From a virus, in IMG/VR virus record IMGVR_UViG_3300036823_000117, positions 54,587 through 118,586 of that record: a DNA stretch of 64,000 nt; one strand, 5' to 3'. The notes under the pieces are model-generated. The model worked only from the letters and a program-made list of their open reading frames with translations. It did no database searches and had not been told where the DNA came from. Each line of letters begins with the position of its first letter. Positions within the stretch are counted from its first letter, which is position 1. Both the position numbers and the translations under genes were made by a program. Positions 1 to 8,800 of this stretch are shown here, piece by piece.

Positions 1-242
1 CGTCGAGCAACGGCGTGAACGTGGCGGGCACGGCGCAGACCGCGCTGGCGCCGGCGTCCACGGTGTTCACGCAGTCGACGGTCGGTGACCTGGTGTCGGC
101 ATCGACGACCAGCGCGACGATCACCGCGGGGCCGCTGAACTCGGACCGGTTCCAGCAGCCGGACGGGAACATCTACATCGACCTGTCCCAGACCACGTCG
201 GTGACGGTGTACGCGCTGCAGCTGCCGTTCAACGCTATCTAG
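1..242 (+). CDS. capsid-associated/decoration-type protein (probably 5' truncated)
   Basis: ORF ends GPLNSDRFQQPDGNIYIDL, like small proteins that follow the major capsid gene in actinophages; position before head-tail genes. Confidence 0.45.
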   Translation, partial: SSNGVNVAGTAQTALAPASTVFTQSTVGDLVSASTTSATITAGPLNSDRFQQPDGNIYIDLSQTTSVTVYALQLPFNAI

Positions 243-245
243 CCG

Positions 246-605
246 ATGGCCGACGCGTGGCTGCGGGGGGAGAACGGGGCGGTCCTGACGGTGGGTGAGC
301 CGCTGCCCGCAGGGGTGGCGGCCCGCCTGGCGTCGGGCGAGTTGTCCCGCATTCCCCCGCCAGCCCGCGGCGGCGTCATCCCGGCCCAGCTCGCCGTGAC
401 CGCGGATCAGCCGAGCATCGAGCTCGCGGCCGCCGCGCATGTGATGCCGGCTGTTCCGCCCCCGGCCGCGGATGCCAAGCGGGGCGAGTGGGCGAGGTAC
501 GCGATCAGCCAGGGCGCTGACCCGGGTGAGGCGTGGAAGATGTCCCGCGACGCGCTGGCTGCCCGGTTCGGTACCCAGCTAGGAGAGGATCTGCGGTGGC
601 CCTGA
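246..605 (+). CDS. hypothetical phage protein with small C-terminal helical domain
   Basis: ATG 3 nt after previous stop; C-terminus KRGEWARYAISQGADPGEAWKMSRDALAARFG. Confidence 0.55.
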   Translation: MADAWLRGENGAVLTVGEPLPAGVAARLASGELSRIPPPARGGVIPAQLAVTADQPSIELAAAAHVMPAVPPPAADAKRGEWARYAISQGADPGEAWKMSRDALAARFGTQLGEDLRWP

Positions 606-859
606 CGCTGACGCAGGTGGCAGTCACTTCGGCCGCCACCGCGCTCCCAGCGCTGTCCCTCGGCTCGGCAGTCACGCTTATCGCGTCGGCTGCCACGAAC
701 ATCGGCACCAGCAATGCGGTAACAACCAGCACGGGATTCGTCCTTCCGGCGAATGTGCCGGTCACGCTGCCGCTGCTGGATTACATCGGCCAGTCCCCCG
801 CGGCGCTCTACGCGATCACGGCCTCGACGGCCACCCTGAGCGTCGCGATTTCCTCGTAG
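596..859 (+). CDS. small virion structural protein
   Basis: GTG at 596 after AGGAGAGG; T/A/S-rich. Confidence 0.55.
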   Translation: MALTLTQVAVTSAATALPALSLGSAVTLIASAATNIGTSNAVTTSTGFVLPANVPVTLPLLDYIGQSPAALYAITASTATLSVAISS

Positions 860-872
860 CAGGGGGTGAGCG

Positions 873-1622
873 GTGTCCGGCAGCGTCCTTTCCTACACCG
901 TGTCGGATGTCATTCCCGGCGGGCAGATCCTTCTGACGCAGCTGTTCGAGACGTTCGTCGGCAGCGGCCAGGCGGCGAGCGCGTCGGGCGTGACGGTCAC
1001 GATCGCTGCGGCGGCCGGCCCGTCGGGCGGGTCGGGTACGCCGGTCCCGGCGACGAGCACGGGCCTGTCGAGCACCAGCGGCAGCCTGTACACCTACACC
1101 TGGAACTGCCTGGCCAGCACGGTCCCGGGCGACTACACCGTCACATTCGCCGGCAGTGTCGGCGGGACGGCGATCTCGTACTCGTGGGTGGTCACGGTCG
1201 CGGCGCCCCCTGCGGCCGCGCCCGCACCGGGCGTGTATGCCACCCTCGCGCAGTACCAGGACGAGGTCGGTGACACGGCTACGCCGCCGTCGCTGGTGAC
1301 GGCGAAGCTGCGGCTGGCCTCCGATGACATTGACATGGCGCTGGTCGGCGCGGTGTACCCGGTGAACCCGCAGGGCATGCCGACGGACCCGCTGGTGATC
1401 AACGTGCTTATGCGGGCGTGCTGCCAGCAGGTCGCGTTCCTTCTCGCTGATAACGATGACCAGGGCGTGAAGCGGCAGTACTCGACGACGTCCTCGAGCG
1501 GGGTGTCGGCGACGAGGACGGCGAGCGCTCAGGGGATGCTCCTGCCTCCTCTGGGGCCGCGGGCCCTTCAGATTCTCCGCACGAACGGCGTGCTGCAGGC
1601 CGCCGTGCTCATCGGCTGGTAG
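873..1622 (+). CDS. head-to-tail adaptor with N-terminal beta-rich domain
   Basis: C-terminal YATLAQY...LRLASDDID...ACCQQV resembles gp6/gp15-like adaptors; synteny. Confidence 0.6.
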   Translation: MSGSVLSYTVSDVIPGGQILLTQLFETFVGSGQAASASGVTVTIAAAAGPSGGSGTPVPATSTGLSSTSGSLYTYTWNCLASTVPGDYTVTFAGSVGGTAISYSWVVTVAAPPAAAPAPGVYATLAQYQDEVGDTATPPSLVTAKLRLASDDIDMALVGAVYPVNPQGMPTDPLVINVLMRACCQQVAFLLADNDDQGVKRQYSTTSSSGVSATRTASAQGMLLPPLGPRALQILRTNGVLQAAVLIGW

Positions 1623-1687
1623 CCGCTTCCTCATTCTTTGCCGTGCTGTTGCGTGGCCACTGTTCTCGCGCCTGAAAGGACACCACC

Positions 1688-2320
1688 ATGCCCGTGTACC
1701 TGACCGAGTCCGGCGGCCTTGCTTCGGGTGGTTCGCCCGCCAGCCTCGACTACGTGGCGACGCAGGCGCCGCTGTACGCCAACCAGGCTGACCCGCCGGT
1801 CGGCGGGGGCATCGCGGGTCACATCGCGGAGACGGTGGCGGCGTCGTCGGCTACGGCGGCGCTGACGATGGTGTCGGGCAGTGCGTCGATCGCGGCGGTG
1901 CGGCTGGTCGCGGGGCAGGTGGTCAGCAACGCCGGGTTCGTGACGTCGACGACGGCGGGCATCACGATGACGCACTGGTGGCTGGCGCTGCTTGACAGCT
2001 CGTACACGGTGCGGGCGGTGTCGGCGGATCAGACCAGCGGGGCGATCGGGGCGTCGACGTGGTTCACGCTGCCGTTCGCTTCGGTATACACGGTCCCGTC
2101 GACCGGGGTTTACTTCGTCGCCGTCATGATCGCGGCGTCGACGGTGCCTACGCTGTGCGGTTCGACGGCGCCGCTCGCGGCCATGATCACCGGCACGGGT
2201 GCGCCGGCGCCGCTGCTCGGCGGGGTGTCCACGACCGGCCAGACGACCGCCCCGGCGGTGGGCACCGCGCTGATCGCGCCGACCGCCGCGGCTGTGACGC
2301 CGTACCTGTTCCTCTCCTAG
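1688..2320 (+). CDS. virion structural protein
   Basis: GAAAGGA RBS; beta-rich composition; structural region. Confidence 0.55.
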   Translation: MPVYLTESGGLASGGSPASLDYVATQAPLYANQADPPVGGGIAGHIAETVAASSATAALTMVSGSASIAAVRLVAGQVVSNAGFVTSTTAGITMTHWWLALLDSSYTVRAVSADQTSGAIGASTWFTLPFASVYTVPSTGVYFVAVMIAASTVPTLCGSTAPLAAMITGTGAPAPLLGGVSTTGQTTAPAVGTALIAPTAAAVTPYLFLS

Positions 2321-2329
2321 GAGCCGGCC

Positions 2330-2668
2330 GTGGTCGCCGAGACCGCTAACACGACGGTCGCCTTGTTCCGCGGGACCGATTTCGACGGTTACGGCGACGT
2401 GACCGATTCGCCGCTGCCGTACATCCAGGGTGTCGCCGCGACGCTGATCGAGACGACGCAGATCGTCCAGGATCCGGCGACGCAGACTCCCAGGGTGATC
2501 CGGATGTCGACGGCCCTGGTTCCGCTGTGGCTGGGCGTGAAGGACAGCGACCGGCTGGAGAACGAGCTCAGCGGCGACATCTTCATGATCGAGGATGTCA
2601 TCCGGATCCCGAACCTCACGGGGGCGGTCCCGGACCTGAAGCTGGTCTTGAAGCGGGTCACCCAGTAG
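2330..2668 (+). CDS. head closure/stopper protein
   Basis: Size, synteny, DFDGYGD...RLENELSGDIFMIEDV pattern. Confidence 0.55.
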   Translation: MVAETANTTVALFRGTDFDGYGDVTDSPLPYIQGVAATLIETTQIVQDPATQTPRVIRMSTALVPLWLGVKDSDRLENELSGDIFMIEDVIRIPNLTGAVPDLKLVLKRVTQ

Positions 2669-2677
2669 GGGGTCCGC

Positions 2678-3349
2678 GTGCGGGTTGTGGTGGATGACGA
2701 CGCCCGGGAGAAAGCCGACGCGGCTGTTGTCCCGTGGATGCGGGAGCAACTCGGGCCGGAGATCGAGGAGCGGGCGAAGCGGTACGTCCCGATCGACACG
2801 GGGGCGCTGCGCGAGTCCATTGAGCATCACATGGACGGCACGACGCTCGTGGTGTCGGCCACCGGTTCTGACGTGCGGACGTACGCCGCGTACATCGAGC
2901 TCGGGCACCGGGTGTATCACCCGTCGACCGGGAAGGTCGGCCCCGAATGGGTTCCGGCTCAGCCGTTCCTGCGGCCGGCGCTTTACGGCGGGTCGTCGCA
3001 CCTGCGCGCCAAGGCGTTCCGTGAAGACTCCGTCATGCAGGACCGCAAGACCGCGGCCCGGGCTGCGGCGCGGACGGCGAAGTGGGAGGCGCGGCGCGAG
3101 CGGGAACGCGAGGCGCGGGCCCATCTCACCGACGAGGAACGCGCGGCCCGCGAGGCGAAGTGGCGCACCGAGTCGGCGGAGCGCACCGCGCGCCGCGAGC
3201 GGGAACTCGCGAACTACGAGCGGTCCATGGAAGTCCTGGCTGAGCGCAAGGCCAGGGAAGACAAGTGGCGGGCCGCGCAGGAGCAGCGCTACATCGAGAA
3301 GTGGGAGCGCGAGCACCCCGGCGAGCCCGGCGGTCCCGTGCCGTTCTAG
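2678..3349 (+). CDS. HK97 gp10-like neck protein with charged C-terminal extension
   Basis: VPIDTGALRESI, YAAYIELG and PAQPFLRPAL motifs. Confidence 0.75.
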   Translation: MRVVVDDDAREKADAAVVPWMREQLGPEIEERAKRYVPIDTGALRESIEHHMDGTTLVVSATGSDVRTYAAYIELGHRVYHPSTGKVGPEWVPAQPFLRPALYGGSSHLRAKAFREDSVMQDRKTAARAAARTAKWEARREREREARAHLTDEERAAREAKWRTESAERTARRERELANYERSMEVLAERKAREDKWRAAQEQRYIEKWEREHPGEPGGPVPF

Positions 3350-3361
3350 GGCGGAGGGCCG

Positions 3362-3841
3362 GTGCCGGTAAGGCTCCTCGCCAACAGCGAGCTCGTTGCG
3401 GTGTCCTACTTCCAGCAGATGCCGGGCTTGAAGGCGGACGTGATCGCGACCCAGCTCCCGAAGGATGAAGCGGACTGGGCGGCGAACGGCGCGATCACCG
3501 TCCAGGTTGTCGGCGGTCACCCCGATTCTGACTTGCCGGTCCGCAACCCGCTGGTCCAGGTGGACTGCTGGGCGACGACGCTCAAGAGCAACAAGCCTCC
3601 GTGGTTCAAGGCGGCCGCGCTCGCTGAGGCGGCGTGGCTGGGAACCCGGAACCGGAACCGCGGCGCCCGGCGGGTGCCCGTCTCCGCCGGCCCGGTGGTG
3701 TACCCGGCGGCGATCGTCTTGACGGCCCTGTGGCTGACCGAGTGGCGGCGGGTTTACGACGACAAGGCCGACGCTGCCCGTTACTCCGCGGACCTCGGGA
3801 TGTCGTGGGCGCCTGCTGACCCGATTCCCGAGCCGTTCTAG
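3362..3841 (+). CDS. tail terminator
   Basis: PLVQVDCWA motif; position before major tail gene. Confidence 0.65.
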   Translation: MPVRLLANSELVAVSYFQQMPGLKADVIATQLPKDEADWAANGAITVQVVGGHPDSDLPVRNPLVQVDCWATTLKSNKPPWFKAAALAEAAWLGTRNRNRGARRVPVSAGPVVYPAAIVLTALWLTEWRRVYDDKADAARYSADLGMSWAPADPIPEPF

Positions 3842-3850
3842 GAGGCCCCT

Positions 3851-4054
3851 GTGCCGCTGGTGAAGCTCACGATCCGCGAGGAGCCCGTCGAGGTCGACGA
3901 CGGCGAGCTGCTGGTTCTCCGCGGCCAGAACCTGGTCGACCGCGTCCTGGACGCCGTCCCGGCCGCAACGGCCCCGGCCCGGCCACCGGGTCCTGTCGAT
4001 CCCCCTGTTGTGCCCGCCCCGGCCAAGCCCGGACCCAAGAAGCAGGAGAAGTAG
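3851..4054 (+). CDS. hypothetical protein
   Basis: AGGAGG RBS, GTG start. Confidence 0.5.
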   Translation: MPLVKLTIREEPVEVDDGELLVLRGQNLVDRVLDAVPAATAPARPPGPVDPPVVPAPAKPGPKKQEK

Positions 4055-4411
4055 ATGGCAACTCAGACCCTCCTCCCGACCGTGGCCGTTCCCGATGGCC
4101 CGGGCCTGGACATCACCGCGCTGCTGGCCACCCCGACCGGCACGACGCTGCTGTTCGCCAACACCGGCCGGGAGCAGCTGTACATCTCCGCCGGCGCCGT
4201 GTCGGAGACCGTGACCGTGGACATGGGCGCGCTCGTCGACGGGCAGACCGTGACCAACTTCCCGACGGTGAACCTGACGAACGGCCACATCTACCGGTTC
4301 GGCGAGTTCCACAGCGTGCTCGACAACACCGGGACGAACCAGGTCCAGGTCACCCTGTCGACGGTCACGAGCATCACGGTCGCGCTTGTGCAGGACGCCG
4401 CTGTCTTCTAG
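4055..4411 (+). CDS. virion structural protein
   Basis: Abuts previous stop; beta-rich. Confidence 0.55.
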   Translation: MATQTLLPTVAVPDGPGLDITALLATPTGTTLLFANTGREQLYISAGAVSETVTVDMGALVDGQTVTNFPTVNLTNGHIYRFGEFHSVLDNTGTNQVQVTLSTVTSITVALVQDAAVF

Positions 4412-4437
4412 GCCGCCGCGCTTCACCCCGCTTGTCC

Positions 4438-4463
4438 GCCCTGGCCTTGGCCGGGGCTTTTTT
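4438..4463 (+). terminator. intrinsic terminator
   Basis: GCCCTGGCC-TT-GGCCGGGGC followed by TTTTTT. Confidence 0.7.
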
Positions 4464-4507
4464 CATGCCCGCCCCCTAGTACCCGGCAAACGGGATAGGA
4501 GCGCTCG

Positions 4508-5086
4508 ATGTCCGTCGTGCCTAGCAACTTGACCCAGGGCCCCGGAGTTCTCTGGTACGCCCCGTTCGGAACCGCAGCCCCCGCGGACTCCGCGTTCGCC
4601 TCCGCCCCCGGATCCAGCTGGATCGACGTCGGCGGCACCCAGGGCGGCATCATGGCGGAGATCGACAACACCTACATGCAGCAGGTGGTCGACCAGATCC
4701 CCATCTCCGTCGGCGGCCGCCTCACCAAGCAGGCCATCACCGTCACCACCCAGCTCGCCGAGACCACGCTGAACAACCTCAACCTGGCCATGAACGGCCT
4801 GATCAGCATCACCCAGCAGTCCGGCTACTCGACCACGGACCTGCAGACCGCCACGAGTGCGACGCAGCCGCAGTACTCCACGCTGATCGTGGACGGCTGG
4901 GCGCCGACCACCGGCACCACCGAGCCGTCCTGCCGGCGCCGGCTGATCATCTGGAAGGTGCTCTCCCAGGGCAAGGCCACCTTCGAGTACTCGATGGAGA
5001 AGAACTCCGTCTACAGCGTCACGTTCGAGGCGTACTACGTGTCCGGGTCGGTTTCGCCCTGGCACAGCATTGATCAGACGAGCTAG
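4508..5086 (+). CDS. major tail protein
   Basis: NLTQGPGVLWYAPFG...WIDVGGTQGG...LAETTLNNL; upstream of chaperones and tape measure. Confidence 0.8.
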   Translation: MSVVPSNLTQGPGVLWYAPFGTAAPADSAFASAPGSSWIDVGGTQGGIMAEIDNTYMQQVVDQIPISVGGRLTKQAITVTTQLAETTLNNLNLAMNGLISITQQSGYSTTDLQTATSATQPQYSTLIVDGWAPTTGTTEPSCRRRLIIWKVLSQGKATFEYSMEKNSVYSVTFEAYYVSGSVSPWHSIDQTS

Positions 5087-5098
5087 GGCAAATAACCC

Positions 5099-5494
5099 AT
5101 GGTCGCCGCAAACAAGGCGCGTGCCTCAGTGCCCGCCCGCCCGCGCGTCATCGAGCCGGACGACATCCTCGACCCGGCCGAGACCGCCCCGCTTGAGATC
5201 ACCTCGGGCTCCCGCAAGAAGGGCCGCCGGATCGTCATCTTCTACATCGACGGCACGCCCCACTCGGTACCCGAGGACCCGCCCGCCATCATCATGATCA
5301 ACTACCTGGACGCGGTCCGCCGCCACGGCCCCGTGCCCGCGTCCACGTACCTGCTCGAGGCCATGCTCGGCTCGGACTCCTACGCCGCGCTGTGCAGCAG
5401 CGAGGACATCACGCAGGAGCAGCTGGGCCAGGTGATCGAGAAGGTCGACGGGATCCTGATGGCCGCGCAGAGGTCCCCAAAAGCCGGGTCCTAG
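5099..5494 (+). CDS. tail assembly chaperone (G)
   Basis: Between major tail and tape measure; slippery C CCA AAA at 5476-5482. Confidence 0.75.
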   Translation: MVAANKARASVPARPRVIEPDDILDPAETAPLEITSGSRKKGRRIVIFYIDGTPHSVPEDPPAIIMINYLDAVRRHGPVPASTYLLEAMLGSDSYAALCSSEDITQEQLGQVIEKVDGILMAAQRSPKAGS

Positions 5495-5835
5495 CTTCGT
5501 ACCAGGAACACGGCTGGGTCCTGGGCCACCTGGATGACCTGGAGTCTGACTTCAGCGTCTTCCACCGGGTCGATGACATGTACGAGATGCCGGCCAGGAA
5601 ATTCCGTGTCCTGGCCGGCCGGCTCGTGCATTACGAGGGCGCGTTCCGGGCGGCCGTGAAGGCGCAGGACCAGCCCGGTGCCCCGGTGCCCGCGACGAAG
5701 CTCATGTACGACATGAACCCTGACCTCCGCGGCCTGTCCACGTTCGCGGAGGTGGCCAGGCCCGCAGAGCTGACGCCTGACCAGCAGGCATACGTCGACT
5801 CTCACCCCGAGTTGCAGGCCCCTCCCCGCCGCTAA
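5476..5835 (+). CDS. tail assembly chaperone -1 frameshift extension (GT)
   Basis: -1 frame after CCCAAAA reads PKSRVLASYQEHGWVLGHLDDLESDF to the stop at 5835. Confidence 0.7.
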   Translation, partial: PKSRVLASYQEHGWVLGHLDDLESDFSVFHRVDDMYEMPARKFRVLAGRLVHYEGAFRAAVKAQDQPGAPVPATKLMYDMNPDLRGLSTFAEVARPAELTPDQQAYVDSHPELQAPPRR

Positions 5836-5862
5836 CCGATCACTGCAAGGCGGTGAACGGAC

Positions 5863-8800
5863 ATGGCGGGAGAAGAGGGCTTTCACGTAGCGAGAGCGTA
5901 CGTAACGGTCGAACCGGACGCTACGGACTTTCCGGAGAAGCTGAAGGCTCAGCTGGAGGAAAACAAGTTCGACCTGCGGGTCCCCGTCGCCCCGCAGATG
6001 GACGGCTTCCGCGAGGAAATGCAGGCCGGCCTCGAGAAGGAGAAAGGCCAGGACGTCACTGTCGACGTCGAGCCCGACCCAGGCAGCGTCGCTGACTTCA
6101 CCCCGAAGGTGCAGGCGGCCCTCGACGCCAACAAGGCCAAGGTCGAGGCCGGGGTCGAGCCAGACCAGGAGTCCGTCGCCGGGCTCCCCGGCAAGGTCCA
6201 GGCCGAGCTGGACGCCGAGCGGAAGCCGACGCTCAACATCAAGTCCAACCTTGACGAGGCGTCCCTCGCCGCGAAGGTCGCGGAGGCCCGCAGCGAACTC
6301 GGGGACCTGAAGATCGGCGATGACCTGTTCGCCGCGTTCAGCCGGACCGGCAGCAACTCGTTCATCGCCCAGTACGCCACGGACCTGAAGGATCTCACCG
6401 GGGACGCCGAAGCCGCAGCCGGGGCGGTGCGCCGGACTGCGGCCGCCGTGGACCAGGCAGGCGCGGCGGCCCGGAAGTCGGATCAGGCGTTCCGGATCTT
6501 CGGTGTCGGGATCAGCAAGCTCGCCGTCCACGGTGTCGTCACGGGGGTGATCGACTTCCTGGCCGTGGCTATCCCGGCGGCGGCCGCGGCGGGTGCGTGG
6601 GCTGCGGCGTGGTCGAAGGGCGCGGAGCAGGTCGAGCAGCACATGGTTGCCCTGCACACGGCCACGCAGGCGACCAATGCCATGTTCGGGCAGACGACCG
6701 GGTCGGCCCTGGGCCTGGGCGGTGCCCTGGCCAAGGCCCAGACCGCTGCCCGGCCCGAGGTGTGGTCGGCCCTGGGCGCGGCGATCAACCTTGCCAAGGA
6801 GCGCATGGGGGACTTCTCCTCCGTCGGCCTGCAGGTCGGGCGCATCTTCGACAACTTCGCGGCGAAGCTTGTCTACGACTTTTCCTCCGCGGGTGACGCG
6901 GGGAAGACGTTCGGCGGCCTGCTGTCGAACATGGTTCCCGACCTGACCCAGCTCGGCGAGGTCTTCGGGAACATCGGGCACGCCGTTGGCAGTTTCGCAT
7001 CGCAGATGCCCGGTGTCGCCCAGGTGCTCCTCGCTGGCCTTGCCGGGGCGACGAAGCTGGCCACGAGCCTCATCGACCTGTCTGGGCGGTTCAAGATCGC
7101 CGGGGCGTCGGCGCTGACCCTGATCATGGGGTTCCACGAGCTCAACACGTGGGGCAGCATCGGCGTCGCCGCCCTGGGCAAGATGGGCCTGGCGACCTCC
7201 GAGGTGACCGGCGGGTTCTTCTCGCTGGAGCGCGCCGGCGGTGTGCTGTCGAACATGCTGGGCGTTGTCCCGACGCTGCTGTCCAAGATCACCGCCGGGC
7301 TCAGCGGCATGACCCGCGGGGTCGGCTCCGTTGTCAGCGGGCTTGGCGGGATGGTCGGGAAGATCGGCGGCGACGGCAACGTCTTCAGCAAGCTCGGCGC
7401 GGGCGCTGAGGGTGCTGGCAGCAAGGTCGACCGGCTGGGCGTGACTATCGGCGGCCTGGGCTCTGACCTGGAGGAAAGCGCGTCGGGGCTCGGCTTGTGG
7501 CAGGTTGCGCTGATCGGCGCCGCTGCGGCCGGGCTCGGGTTCCTGATCTACAAGCTGGCCACTACGAAGACCGCGGCGCAGCAGTTCGCCGACTCGCTGC
7601 AGGCCAGCATCGACAAAGCCTCGAACCTTCAGTCGCTGAGCGCCCTGGCGGCCGGGATGGGGCAGCTCGGCGCGGCCACCCAGAAGGCGGCGACCCAGCA
7701 GCAGTACGCGGGCGGCATGTCCACTCGCTACGCGCAGACTCTGTCAACTGCCGGGGCGGCTGTCGCCACGTTCGGCGCGAAGCAGGAGCAGCTGGCCGAG
7801 CAGTTCGTCACGGTCAACAAGCACGCCTCCATGCTCGCCACCCAGTACGGCACGTCCTTTGTCGGCGCCCTCGCCTTGGCTGACGAGGCCGGCGTCAAGC
7901 TGAACCAGACCATGACCCGGCAGCAGTGGGTCATGGCCCAGATCAAGATCTCTGATCTGGTGAAGGGCTACCAGGCCATGGGCCAGCCGATGGGCGCCGT
8001 CGGCAACGACATGGATGCCCTGGCCATTCAGTCGGGGCTGGCCGCGACGAAGGTGGCCGCGCTGAACTCGGCGTGGGACGAGTTCATGTCGAACCTGACC
8101 GGTGGTACCACCGGGCTGGCCGGGTTTGAGCAGGCCCTGACGAACCTCAGCACCGGCACTACCAAGATCACCAACGTTCTCGGAAAGGGCGGCAGCGTCA
8201 CCCTGTCGGTGAAGGACTTCGCCAGTTCGCTGCAGTCGTTCACGGGCAAGGGGGCTCAGGCCTGGCAGAACTTCAACCAGGTCGTGGGCACGAGCGCCCC
8301 TCAGCTCATCGACTGGCTGCGCACTGCCGGCGCCGAAGGAGCCCTGTCCGGGCAGAACCTGTCTCACGGCCTGTCACAGGGCACGACGGCTGCGAAGAAC
8401 TTCCAGCAGGGCATCCTGGACATGATCTCCCAGCTGACCCCGCTGGCGTCCAAGAGCAAGACCGCCCAGGCCGAGTTGGTCGGGCTGGCGCAGCAGGCCG
8501 GGCTGAACATCACGACGTTCCCGCAGCTGACCTCAGCGATTCAGGCCAGCCATGCGTCCGTCAGCAACCTGCAGGCCATCATCTCGCAGGCCACGATCAA
8601 GATGGGCAACATGTCGGCCGTTGCCCAGAACCTGGGCAACGTCCTCAACTCGGCGGTCGCGTCGGCGATCTCGAACGCGTCGCTGAAGGCCTCCGGGTTC
8701 TACAAGGACATGTCCGATCTGACGGCGGCCACGCAGAAGTACGGCGCTAACTCCCCGCAGGCCATCGCGGCCGCCAACAAGGTCGCTACCGCGCTGCACA

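Noticed and set aside
1631-4426. 931-aa minus-strand ORF and similar long antisense ORFs (5491-7137, 18531-20141, 20545-22593, 28991-30517)
   Set aside because: Shadow frames of real genes in high-GC DNA; Arg/Pro/Gly-rich with no motifs
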